Assembly (NCBI GenBank): GCA_963766175.1
Contig: CAVXZE010000001.1
Location: 148,136-212,135, forward strand
DNA length: 64,000 bases
Direction: 5' to 3'
Source: an uncultured delta proteobacterium
GTDB taxonomy: Bacteria; Myxococcota_A; UBA9160; UBA6930
Below, piece by piece: positions 9,317 through 18,092 of this stretch (position 1 is its first letter; every line of letters starts with the position of its first letter). Under the pieces are notes generated by a model. That model made no database searches, was not told where the DNA came from, and saw nothing but the letters and a program-made list of their open reading frames with translations. The translations under genes and the position numbers were made by a program.

Positions 9317-9963
9317 GCGTCGTGTTGGCTCTCGAGGTCGAGACGTCGAGCCTCGACCAGGTGATCGCCGATGTCCTGGTGACCCCCTTCTTTTCTTGCG
9401 ACCGCCCGCTTCGGGGGCCCGCTGCCCGGGCGGACTGGCGGCTCTGCGGGCTCCTCTCGGAACGTCTCCAGCGGGAACAGCTGACCGGAGCGCGGGGCGA
9501 GGCTGCCCTGATGCCAACGACGGGGAGGATGAAGAGTCCACTCCTGCTGGTGATCGGTCTCGGGCCGAGGTCCGACTTCGGTGAGGAGGCCCTTCGCGAG
9601 GTGGCTCGGAGTGCGACGGTAAGGCTGCTCGGCCTGCGTTCGGGCATCGTGGGGATCGCGCTTCCCGGTGAAGTCGCCTCGCGCCTCGACGCCTCCCGCG
9701 CGGCCGGCATCCTGCTCGAGGGCGTCGCCGGGGCGCTCTCCGAGCACCCGAGTGCTCTTCGGCTGCGCCTGGTCGTGCCGCCGGAGGAGGCCGGTCGGAC
9801 GCGGAGCGGGATCCTGGAGACCGCCGGTCGTCTCTCGAACTCCCAGCTGGCGATCCGTCTCGAGCGGTCCTCTGGCGTCCCGCCTCACTCGCGTGAGATC
9901 CCGGCCCATCGGGCCCAAGCACCCGCGGGGAAACCCGCTCCTCGGGTCGATTTCCGCCACTAG
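9313..9963 (+). CDS. Stand-alone M17 leucyl-aminopeptidase N-terminal-like domain protein
   Basis: DRPLRG...DWRLCGLLS...GE..L...LLLVIGLG resembles the PepA N-terminal domain. No catalytic domain follows. TTG start overlaps the nusB stop. Confidence 0.65.
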   Translation: MSVVLALEVETSSLDQVIADVLVTPFFSCDRPLRGPAARADWRLCGLLSERLQREQLTGARGEAALMPTTGRMKSPLLLVIGLGPRSDFGEEALREVARSATVRLLGLRSGIVGIALPGEVASRLDASRAAGILLEGVAGALSEHPSALRLRLVVPPEEAGRTRSGILETAGRLSNSQLAIRLERSSGVPPHSREIPAHRAQAPAGKPAPRVDFRH

Positions 9964-10028
9964 AGCTCAGGGCTTTGGCAGGCCGCGCGGCTCACGAGGC
10001 CGTCTCACCAGCGGATCCGAAATGCGGG

Positions 10029-10053
10029 TCAAGTCCCCTTCGCGCCCGCCGAT
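10029..10053 (+). promoter_or_regulatory. Putative sigma-28 (FliA-type) promoter
   Basis: TCAAG-N14-GCCGAT, ~70 bp upstream of the first gene of the chemosensory cluster. Confidence 0.55.
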
Positions 10054-10121
10054 TGGTTCTCTGGAGTCTTCTATTTCGCGGCGGTGGGGAGCAGGGTTGC
10101 ACACACGCCGTTGGAGCCCCG

Positions 10122-11840
10122 ATGAGTCTGGTCGGCAGTCTCGAGGACCTGGGCCTCGGCGACATCTTGCAGATCATCAGCCTGTCCAGAAAGTCGGGTG
10201 TACTGCTGCTGCGATCGGATCGGGGCCAGGGCCGGATCGTCTTCCGCGAGGGATTGATCCGCGGCGCCTTCCGCAAGGACGATCCGACCGATCTTCGGGG
10301 TCTGGTGGAGCGCCTGAAGACGGTGTCGAAGGCCGAGCTGGATGCTGCCTGTGAAGAGGCACGCGCCCAGAGCGTCTCCCTGGCCGCGGTTCTGGTCGAC
10401 CGTTCCCTGATCAGCGCCGAGTCCCTGGAAGAGCTGCGCCGAAAGTACGTCGAGACGGCGGTGATGCAGATGTTCCGCTGGACGACCGGGGAGTTCAGCT
10501 TCGAGGTCCGCGATGGCATCCCCGACGAGGAGATCTTTTCCAGCTCGGGTGTCAATCCCCAGTACCTGGCGCTCGACTTCACCCGGATCGCGGATGAGGG
10601 CGGATGCGAGACGGACGAGGATCCCGCCTTCGACTCACTGGTGTTCGATGGAGAGGGCGAGTCCGACGCCCTCGTCACCGGCGAGGATCCATGGGTTGCC
10701 GAGGAAGCGATCGTCACCATCGAGGACAGGGCTCCCACCGAGGAACCGATCGCCGCCGCCGAGTCGATCGCCGAGCCCCAGCCGCTCGAAGCGAAGCAGG
10801 AGGTGCGCGACACACCACCGCCGAGTGTCGCTCCGCCCCGATCCCGACTGGTTCCCCCGGTGGTCGCCATTGACCCCGACCTCGCCGTCCTCGAGTGGGT
10901 GAAGCAGGGGCTGGCCGGCACGTTTCCACGGGTTCACATCTTCCAGCGTTCCGAGCTCGGCATCGGCCGGATCCGCCAATACCTGGCTCGCGCAGAGGTG
11001 CCCGTGGTCCTGCTCTCGGCCAATGCGCCCGCCGATCCTCTCTCCGGCGCCCACGACTGCGTCGAGATCATCGAGCGCCTCAAGGCCCACGCCCAGCGGA
11101 TGCCCGTCGTGATGCTGATCGAGCCGGGAACGAATCCGATGAGCGGCCGCGGGAAGGCGCCACGACCCGATGCAATCGCCGAGAAGCCGACAGCCAGCCA
11201 TCTGGCCGATCCGCGTTGCCAACCCCTGCGGAGCGAATACGTCGCGGGTCTGCGCGACGTTCTGGTTGCCTGCTCTTCCCAGAGCAGCGCTTCGAGGCCG
11301 CCTGTTTCGTCGAGCTCACTCTCGCTGAACACCCTCGGCCGACTCAAGGAAGTGAGCGCACGCATGCGCGATTCCTCGTCCCGGGGCGGAGTTCTTTCCC
11401 AGGTGCTCCAGTACGCTTCCGAGACCTTCTCCCGGGTGGCGATGTTCATGATCCAGGATGACACGGCACAGGGGATCGCACAGGTTGGCCTGCCCAAAGC
11501 CGGCGGCCCCGACCAGCGCGGTCTCCGCGAGGTCGCCCTTCCCCAACGGGAGCCCGCCTGGTTTCGTACGGCCTTCGACAGCCGCAGCCCGGTGTGTGCA
11601 GCTCCTTCCGACGACGGCGATCAAGGCCTCGCGGTGTTGCTCGGCAATGTGATTCCCGAGGAAGCCTACGTCGCGCCGATCGAGAGCGGTGAGCGCGTGG
11701 TGGCTCTTCTCTACGCCGACAATCTCCCCGGCGGCGAACCCATCGGCGATACCAGCGCGTTGGAGGTCGTGCTCCACGAGGCAGGGCTGGTGCTGGATCG
11801 GGCGTGGATGGAGCGAGCCCTCAAGGAAGCCGAGGAGTAG
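10122..11840 (+). CDS. DUF4388 domain protein with degenerate receiver-like and GAF-like domains
   Basis: MSLVGSLEDLGLGDILQII...KSGVL and W..GEFSF are DUF4388-like. Then an acidic linker, a REC-like segment (VVAIDPD..VVLLS..PVVML..AEKP) and a C-terminal GAF-like region (APIESGERVVALLYAD). Confidence 0.7.
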   Translation: MSLVGSLEDLGLGDILQIISLSRKSGVLLLRSDRGQGRIVFREGLIRGAFRKDDPTDLRGLVERLKTVSKAELDAACEEARAQSVSLAAVLVDRSLISAESLEELRRKYVETAVMQMFRWTTGEFSFEVRDGIPDEEIFSSSGVNPQYLALDFTRIADEGGCETDEDPAFDSLVFDGEGESDALVTGEDPWVAEEAIVTIEDRAPTEEPIAAAESIAEPQPLEAKQEVRDTPPPSVAPPRSRLVPPVVAIDPDLAVLEWVKQGLAGTFPRVHIFQRSELGIGRIRQYLARAEVPVVLLSANAPADPLSGAHDCVEIIERLKAHAQRMPVVMLIEPGTNPMSGRGKAPRPDAIAEKPTASHLADPRCQPLRSEYVAGLRDVLVACSSQSSASRPPVSSSSLSLNTLGRLKEVSARMRDSSSRGGVLSQVLQYASETFSRVAMFMIQDDTAQGIAQVGLPKAGGPDQRGLREVALPQREPAWFRTAFDSRSPVCAAPSDDGDQGLAVLLGNVIPEEAYVAPIESGERVVALLYADNLPGGEPIGDTSALEVVLHEAGLVLDRAWMERALKEAEE

Positions 11841-11936
11841 CTCCTCCGGATCCCGCTTCAGATCTGAGGGTTTTTGCACTCGCTGGATCGGGCTTTGTTC
11901 CATCGGCGAGGGATGGGGGCAACTACCCCATCTGCC

Positions 11937-11962
11937 TCAAGAAACGCGCTCTGGAGGCCGAT
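11937..11962 (+). promoter_or_regulatory. Putative sigma-28-like promoter for cheY-cheA
   Basis: TCAAG-N15-GCCGAT (spacer one base longer than ideal), preceded by hairpin GATGGGG-N7-CCCCATC at 11912-11932. Confidence 0.4.
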
Positions 11963-12011
11963 GGATACTCCGGTTTCTCGCGCTCCCAATGGGGGGTTGC
12001 AGGAGGGTCCC

Positions 12012-12395
12012 GTGCAGAGCGTCCTCGTCGTCGAGGATTCGGCAACCATGCGGTTACTCATCGCCTCGACCCTCGAGCAGATGGGAGTCCCGCTGGAGAT
12101 CACCGAAGCGCCCAGCGGGTTCGAGGCGCTTCGTCTACTTCCGCGGGGGCGCTACGACCTCATCGTCACCGACATCAACATGCCGGACATCAATGGGCTC
12201 GAACTCGTCTCCTTCGTGAAGGGCAACGAAGCCTACTGTTCGATCCCTCTGATCATCATCTCGACGGAGAGCTCGAGTCGCGATCGCGAGAAGGGACTCA
12301 GCCTCGGAGCCGACGCGTATCTCGTCAAGCCCTTCGATCCCGATGATCTCCTTCAGATCGCCCGCGATCTGCTGCCGAGCGCCCAGGACGGCTAG
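12012..12395 (+). CDS. cheY: CheY-like single-domain response regulator
   Basis: VLVVEDS, IVTDINMP, IST, VKPF. GTG start after AGGAGG. Confidence 0.85.
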   Translation: MQSVLVVEDSATMRLLIASTLEQMGVPLEITEAPSGFEALRLLPRGRYDLIVTDINMPDINGLELVSFVKGNEAYCSIPLIIISTESSSRDREKGLSLGADAYLVKPFDPDDLLQIARDLLPSAQDG

Positions 12396-12398
12396 CCG

Positions 12399-14480
12399 AT
12401 GGCGGTGAGGCGGAAGGGATCCAGCGGGCGCTCCAAGGCGCACAGCGAGTTCGTCTCCGAGTCCGAGGAGATCCTCGAGCAGATGCGAGAGGATCTGAGC
12501 CAGCTCGCGGATCAAAGATCCTCCAGCTCGGATGTCGACCCGGAGCTGGTCAATCGACTCTTCCGCTCCGCTCACTCCCTCAAGGGTCTATCGGGGATGT
12601 TCGGCTTCGACGCGATGAGCGAGCTGGCCCATCACCTGGAGGACGTTCTCGACCGCCTGCGGATGGGACGCGTCGCGCTGGAAGCGCAAGCGGTCGGTCT
12701 CCTGGACGAGTCGGTCACGCTCTTCGCCGCGATGCTCGAGAAGGTTGGCGACGAGACCGGACAGGCCGAAGCGGCGGAGACGATCAGCAGCCTGATCGCA
12801 CGGATCGACGAGTGGACCCTGACGCCCGCGCAAGACTCGGGCGAGCTCGAGGAACTCGAGATCGATCCGTCCATGCTCAGAGCCCTCACCGAGTACGAGG
12901 AACATCGGCTGCGGGAGAACATGCGCCGCAAGCTCTCGGTCTACGTGGTCGAGGTCAACTTCGAGATCCTCGCCTTCGAGGAGGGGCTCGCCGAGGTGTC
13001 GAACGCCATTCGCGAGGTGGGTGAGGTCCTGTCGACCCTGCCCTCGCCGGGGGAGACGCCGGATTCGCAGATCCGCTTCTCTCTGCTCGCCGCTACCGCG
13101 CAGGGCGTGGACGACCTCGCCGCGCGTCTCGAGCTCCCGCCTGCCTCGGTGCGTACGGTGTGGCGACCGACACCGGGTGGCAAGGCAAGCCAAGGCGAGC
13201 CGAAGGCGCCCGAGGTCGAGGCGGAGAGCGTTTCCCGACCGGTGGCCGATTCCGCCGAGAGCCGCGGCGAGATCGAGTCCCTCAAATCCATCAGCGACAC
13301 CGTCAGGGTCGACATCCGCAAGCTCGACGAACTGATGAATCTGGTGGGCGAGCTGGTGATCCAGCGCGCTGCCGTCGCCTCGATCGCCGATCGGCTCTCC
13401 GCGGACCCCTCGACCGTCCGGATCGGTTCCGAACTCGAGAAGGTGCACAAGAGCCTCGAACGGAAGATCCAGGGCCTGCAAACCAGCGTGCTCGAGGTTC
13501 GCATGGTGCCACTGCGACAGGTCTTCGAGAAGCTGGCGCGGGTAGTCCGGCGCCTGCGACGCGACCGCGACAAGGAGATCCGCCTGGAGATCCGTGGCGC
13601 CGAGACGGAGCTGGACAAGTTGATCGTCGAGGGGCTCGTGGACCCCCTGATGCACGTCGTCCGCAATGCCTTCGATCACGCCATCGAAGGCGACGCGGAG
13701 CGCTTGGCGGCGGGCAAGCCCGCGGAGGGCTGCATCCGCCTGGAAGCTTCCCAGCGCGGCAACAATGTGGTGATCGCGGTCTCGGACGACGGCCGGGGAA
13801 TCGATAGCCAGGCGCTCTGCGAGCGCGCGATCGAACAGGGGCTCGTTTCCTCCGAGATGGAGCTCTCCGACCGGGAAATCCTCGATCTCGTCTTCGCGCC
13901 CGGCCTCTCCACACGCGCCGAGGTGACGGAGACCAGTGGCCGCGGCGTCGGGATGGACGTGGTGCGCGCGAACATCGGAGGCCTGGGCGGCATCGTCGAC
14001 GTCGACTCGGAACCGGGGCGCGGCACGACCGTCACCATCACCCTGCCCATCACGCTCGCCATCATCCAGTCCCTGATCGTCTCGGTGGCGGACCAGCGCT
14101 TCGCGATACCGCTGAATTCGGTTCGCGAGACCCTGCTCGTCGATCCCGGCGAGATCCAGAGGAGCGAGGGTTGGGAGATGCTCAACCTTCGTGGAGAAGC
14201 CCTTCCCCTGAGGCGTCTCCGAAGGGAGTTCTCGCTGGGCGAGTCGCCGGTGGATTCGACGCAGTACGCCGTCGTGGTCCGGGTCGGTGACGCCCGCCTC
14301 GGGTTGCTGGTGGAGCGACTGGAGGGTCAGCAGGACACCGTGATCAAGGCGATCCAGGGTCCCGCCAGGAACGTGCGCGGGATTGCCGGCGCGACCGACT
14401 TGGGAGATCAGGGGACGGTGCTGGTGCTCGATGTCTCGGCAGTGGTCGAGGATGCGATGCGCGGGAGGAAGGCTGCGTGA
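12399..14480 (+). CDS. cheA: Chemotaxis histidine kinase
   Basis: HPt FRSAHSLKG, dimer domain LDELMNLVGEL, HVVRNAFDH, DDGRG, SGRGVGMDVV, C-terminal CheW domain. Confidence 0.95.
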   Translation: MAVRRKGSSGRSKAHSEFVSESEEILEQMREDLSQLADQRSSSSDVDPELVNRLFRSAHSLKGLSGMFGFDAMSELAHHLEDVLDRLRMGRVALEAQAVGLLDESVTLFAAMLEKVGDETGQAEAAETISSLIARIDEWTLTPAQDSGELEELEIDPSMLRALTEYEEHRLRENMRRKLSVYVVEVNFEILAFEEGLAEVSNAIREVGEVLSTLPSPGETPDSQIRFSLLAATAQGVDDLAARLELPPASVRTVWRPTPGGKASQGEPKAPEVEAESVSRPVADSAESRGEIESLKSISDTVRVDIRKLDELMNLVGELVIQRAAVASIADRLSADPSTVRIGSELEKVHKSLERKIQGLQTSVLEVRMVPLRQVFEKLARVVRRLRRDRDKEIRLEIRGAETELDKLIVEGLVDPLMHVVRNAFDHAIEGDAERLAAGKPAEGCIRLEASQRGNNVVIAVSDDGRGIDSQALCERAIEQGLVSSEMELSDREILDLVFAPGLSTRAEVTETSGRGVGMDVVRANIGGLGGIVDVDSEPGRGTTVTITLPITLAIIQSLIVSVADQRFAIPLNSVRETLLVDPGEIQRSEGWEMLNLRGEALPLRRLRREFSLGESPVDSTQYAVVVRVGDARLGLLVERLEGQQDTVIKAIQGPARNVRGIAGATDLGDQGTVLVLDVSAVVEDAMRGRKAA

Positions 14481-15004
14481 GCGGGCCTGGCATTACGAGT
14501 CCGAGCGGCGGCGAAGAATCGATGGGCTGGGAATCCCTCGCTCGCGCCGCGGTCGATCATGCGGTCGACGAGGAGGCGAGCCTGCTCCGGGAGTTGCTCA
14601 CCTTCACCCTGGATGGAGATCCCTACGCGATTCCCGTGGAGTGGGTCCGAGAGATCGTTCGGCTCCGGGCGATCACTCCGATGCCCCGGGTTCCTCCGGA
14701 GATACGCGGGGTGATTTCGCTGCGTGGCGAAATCGTGCAGGTCCTCGACCTGTGCCTCCGCCTCGGGGTCCAGGTCCGGGAGCCGACGCGGAGCAGCCGG
14801 ATCATCGTGCTGCACGGGGATCATGGAAGCGTGACGGGTCTGTTGGTGGATTCGGTGAGGGAGGTGGCCCGGCTCGCAGAGGATGCGATTCAGCCGTCCC
14901 CGTCCGGAGAGTCCGACTCCGTCGAGGCTTTGTGTCGACAGAACGGCGAGTTCATCTCTCTCTTGAACATGGAACGGGTGTTGGACCTTGGTGAAGAATC
15001 CTAG
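14477..15004 (+). CDS. cheW: CheW coupling protein
   Basis: LLTFTL..YAIPV..VREI..ITPMP..GVISLRG motif. Start could be ATG 14522. Confidence 0.9.
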   Translation: MSGPGITSPSGGEESMGWESLARAAVDHAVDEEASLLRELLTFTLDGDPYAIPVEWVREIVRLRAITPMPRVPPEIRGVISLRGEIVQVLDLCLRLGVQVREPTRSSRIIVLHGDHGSVTGLLVDSVREVARLAEDAIQPSPSGESDSVEALCRQNGEFISLLNMERVLDLGEES

Positions 15005-15488
15005 CGTCAGCGCGAGCGGAACCGAAACCAGCGTCGATCTCGCCTGCTTCGAGGCGCGAGGGCGGCTGTATGGAATCGACGTGCTCCAGATTCGCGAGAT
15101 CGTGCGATGCCAGGAAGTCACACCTCTCCCGAGAGCACCCGAGTTGATCGAGGGCGTCATCGATCTTCGCGGCGTGGTGATTCCCGTCATCGATCTCGGC
15201 CACGCCCTTTGCAGGGAGCCAGCGGATCAGGGACCTGGGAGCCGGATTGCGGTCCTCGAGGTGGACGGCATGGTGCTCGGCTTGCGCGTCGACGCAGCCG
15301 TGGACGTGATCTCGGTGGAGGCCCGCGACGTCGATGATCCTCCGGCCCTGGCCACCCAGGCCGGCTACGACACGGTGCGCGCCGTAGTGCGCCGGGCCGA
15401 TGCAGCCCCGGTGCTGGTTCTTTCCCTCGAGCACCTTCTGGAGAGCGTGTACCGCTCCGCCCTCCACTTCGCCGGAGCCGAGGCATGA
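14991..15488 (+). CDS. cheW: Second CheW coupling protein
   Basis: YGIDVLQIREI..TPLP..IEGVIDLRG.VIPVIDL. Confidence 0.9.
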   Translation: MKNPSVSASGTETSVDLACFEARGRLYGIDVLQIREIVRCQEVTPLPRAPELIEGVIDLRGVVIPVIDLGHALCREPADQGPGSRIAVLEVDGMVLGLRVDAAVDVISVEARDVDDPPALATQAGYDTVRAVVRRADAAPVLVLSLEHLLESVYRSALHFAGAEA

Positions 15489-18064
15489 GCGCAATGTCCT
15501 TCGCCAGCGGGTCGGGCTTTCGACGTCGACTCATGATCGGGAACGCCCTGCTCCAGGTCTGCGCCGGGATCGTGGTGGCGCTCTATCTCTTTGCCCTGCT
15601 CCAACTGACCGCAGAGCAGTGGCGGGAGTTCCTGGTCGCGGGGATTCTCTTCGCCGGAGTCTCCGCCCTGGCTGAGATCTGGATGCAGTGCCGTTTCGAT
15701 CGCATCGTCGTCGCCTGCATCGACGCCCAGGTGGAAGGCGCGGTCCACCAGGGGCACCTCCGCCGTGGCTTCGAAGCGGTGATGGATCTGCCGCGCCGGA
15801 TGTTCCTCGCCACCCAGGTGAGCTGGCTGATCGCGGCAATCACCGTCCCGGGATGGATGATGCTCCGCCTGGACGACTTCTCGGGAATTCAGCCTCGCCT
15901 GATCGCAGTCGTTGCGGTGATGGGCGGCCTGATCACCGGTATCTTTCTCTTCTTCGCCCTCAAACGTTTCGTGGCGCCCCTGCGCGACAGCTGGGCCCGG
16001 CAGCTGGGCGACGCGGCCGAGCGGCAGGGATTGATTCGCCGGCTCTCACTCTCCCGCAAGCTCGGGATCGCCGTCAGCGGCGTGACGGTCTCGACGGTTT
16101 TCGCCACCGCAATGTTCTCTTACAGCCTCGCCTTCCGTCCGATCGAGGCCTACAGCACCCGGGTGCAGAGCGGCTACACCGGTCGCATGTCCGAGCGGGT
16201 CGTCGGCCCCCGGGATCCGCTCCTCAGCTTGGCGAAAGACGAGCTGGACGAGCTCGGGATCGCCGGGCAGCTGCTGATCGTCGACATTCCCAGCCGGAAG
16301 ATCGTCCACGGACCGCGGGACGCTCTCAGCGCGAGCGAGCTGCGTTGGATCGCGGCTTCCGAGGAAGCCACCGGGACCAGCCTCGAGATCGACTCGGATA
16401 ACAGCTTCGCCTGGTCGCAGATCGAGGACGACGAGAACCTCGCTCTGGTGGCGGTCACCCCACGCGATCTTCTGATCGGCGATCTCGGTCGCGTCCAGCT
16501 GGCCTTCGGCCTGCTCCTTCTGGTGACCTTCGCGATCGCGCTGATCGCCGCGTACCTGATGGCCGGCGACGTCAGCCGAACCACGGAGTGGCTGCGCCAG
16601 GAGGCGGGGAGGATCGCCTCGGGCGATCTCACCCGCGGCGAGGTCCGCGAGTCGGAAGACGAGCTCGGCGATCTGGCCCGTTCCTTCGAGGCAATGTCCG
16701 AGTCGCTGCGTGCCACGGTGGGTCGGGTGGCCGATGCGGCGGAGCGCGTCGACGCCGAGGCGGCCACGATCGCCAAGGTGGGCCTGAGCGTCGCATCGAC
16801 GACTGCGGACCAGGTGGCGGGCGTCAAGCGGGCCAGCGGGTCGATGGCGGCGATCAACGGAAAGGTTTCCGGGATCGCGCACTCGGCGCAGCTCCTGAGC
16901 GAGAATGTCGAGGAGGCGAGCAGCTCGACACTCGAGCTCGGTGCCGCCGGCGAAGAGCTCAACCAGACCGCCTCCTCGCTCACCGCCCAGATCACCGACG
17001 TCAGCAGCTCGATCGAGGAGATGATCCGAAGCGTTCGCCAGGTTTCCGAGAACACCGAGGCACTCGCCGGCGCGGTCGCAGAGACCTCTGCATCGATGGC
17101 CCAGATGGCGGATTCGATGCAGCAGGTCGAGCGAGCTGCAACCGAGACCGCCGGCTTCTCTTCTCAGGTGGTCACTCTGGCAGAGGGCGGTCAGGAGCGG
17201 GTACGGCAGACCATCGCGGGCATGGATGCGATCCGGGAGGCGACCGGCAGCGCCGACGTCGTGATCCGCGGCCTGGGCGAGCGAGTCCAGGAAATCGGCG
17301 CCATCGTCGACGTGATCGACGACGTGGCCGACGAGACCAACCTGCTCGCGTTGAACGCGGCGATCATCGCGGCTCAGGCGGGAGATCAAGGCCGCGCATT
17401 CTCGGTCGTGGCGGACGAGATCAAGGATCTCGCCGATCGGGTGCTTGCCAGCACCAAGGAGATCGGCGCGCTGATCCGCGCGGTTCAGCAGGAAGCCAGC
17501 AACGCGATCGGCGCCATCGAAGGCGGGACCAGGAGCGTCGAGAGCGGCGTCGATCTCTCCGCCGAGGCCGGTGTCTCCCTCGAGGAGATCACGCGCGCCG
17601 CGCGCGCCAGCGGAGTGCGGATCGAAGAGATCGTCCAGGCGGTGCGCGAGCAGGCGAAGGACGCCAGCCGCGTCTCGGATCTGATGGGCCAGGTGAATCG
17701 CAGCGTCGAGGAGATTCGTGCGGGTGGACAGGAACAGGAGCGCGGCAACGAGACCGTGATGCGCGGCACGGTGGTCATGCGAGACGTCGCGCATCAGACC
17801 CATCGGACGACCGAGGAGCAGGCGCGCGGTGCGGGGCGGATCCGCGACAGCATCGAGCGCGTGAGGGAGTCTGTCGAAGAGATCCACGCCGCGCTCCAGG
17901 AGCAATCGGAGGAATGTCGCCATGCGGTGTCATTCCTCGAACAGATCTACGAGCGGACACGTTCCAACGAGGAGTCTTCACGCCGTATGAGCGAGGCTAC
18001 CCAGGGTCTCCAGCAGCAGGCGGACGCGCTTCGGGAGGACGTGCGGAGGTTCAGGATCGGATGA
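15485..18064 (+). CDS. Methyl-accepting chemotaxis protein, multi-TM, very long signalling domain
   Basis: About 6 hydrophobic segments, HAMP (IASGDL..EDELGDLARSF), hairpin tip ETNLLALNAAIIAAQAGDQGRAFSVVADEI. Confidence 0.93.
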   Translation: MSAMSFASGSGFRRRLMIGNALLQVCAGIVVALYLFALLQLTAEQWREFLVAGILFAGVSALAEIWMQCRFDRIVVACIDAQVEGAVHQGHLRRGFEAVMDLPRRMFLATQVSWLIAAITVPGWMMLRLDDFSGIQPRLIAVVAVMGGLITGIFLFFALKRFVAPLRDSWARQLGDAAERQGLIRRLSLSRKLGIAVSGVTVSTVFATAMFSYSLAFRPIEAYSTRVQSGYTGRMSERVVGPRDPLLSLAKDELDELGIAGQLLIVDIPSRKIVHGPRDALSASELRWIAASEEATGTSLEIDSDNSFAWSQIEDDENLALVAVTPRDLLIGDLGRVQLAFGLLLLVTFAIALIAAYLMAGDVSRTTEWLRQEAGRIASGDLTRGEVRESEDELGDLARSFEAMSESLRATVGRVADAAERVDAEAATIAKVGLSVASTTADQVAGVKRASGSMAAINGKVSGIAHSAQLLSENVEEASSSTLELGAAGEELNQTASSLTAQITDVSSSIEEMIRSVRQVSENTEALAGAVAETSASMAQMADSMQQVERAATETAGFSSQVVTLAEGGQERVRQTIAGMDAIREATGSADVVIRGLGERVQEIGAIVDVIDDVADETNLLALNAAIIAAQAGDQGRAFSVVADEIKDLADRVLASTKEIGALIRAVQQEASNAIGAIEGGTRSVESGVDLSAEAGVSLEEITRAARASGVRIEEIVQAVREQAKDASRVSDLMGQVNRSVEEIRAGGQEQERGNETVMRGTVVMRDVAHQTHRTTEEQARGAGRIRDSIERVRESVEEIHAALQEQSEECRHAVSFLEQIYERTRSNEESSRRMSEATQGLQQQADALREDVRRFRIG

Positions 18065-18092
18065 CGGCCGTCGAGGGACAAGGGAGCGGAAC

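Noticed and set aside
9970-9995. TTGGCA as a possible sigma-54 -24 box
   Set aside because: No TTGC at the -12 position with correct spacing.
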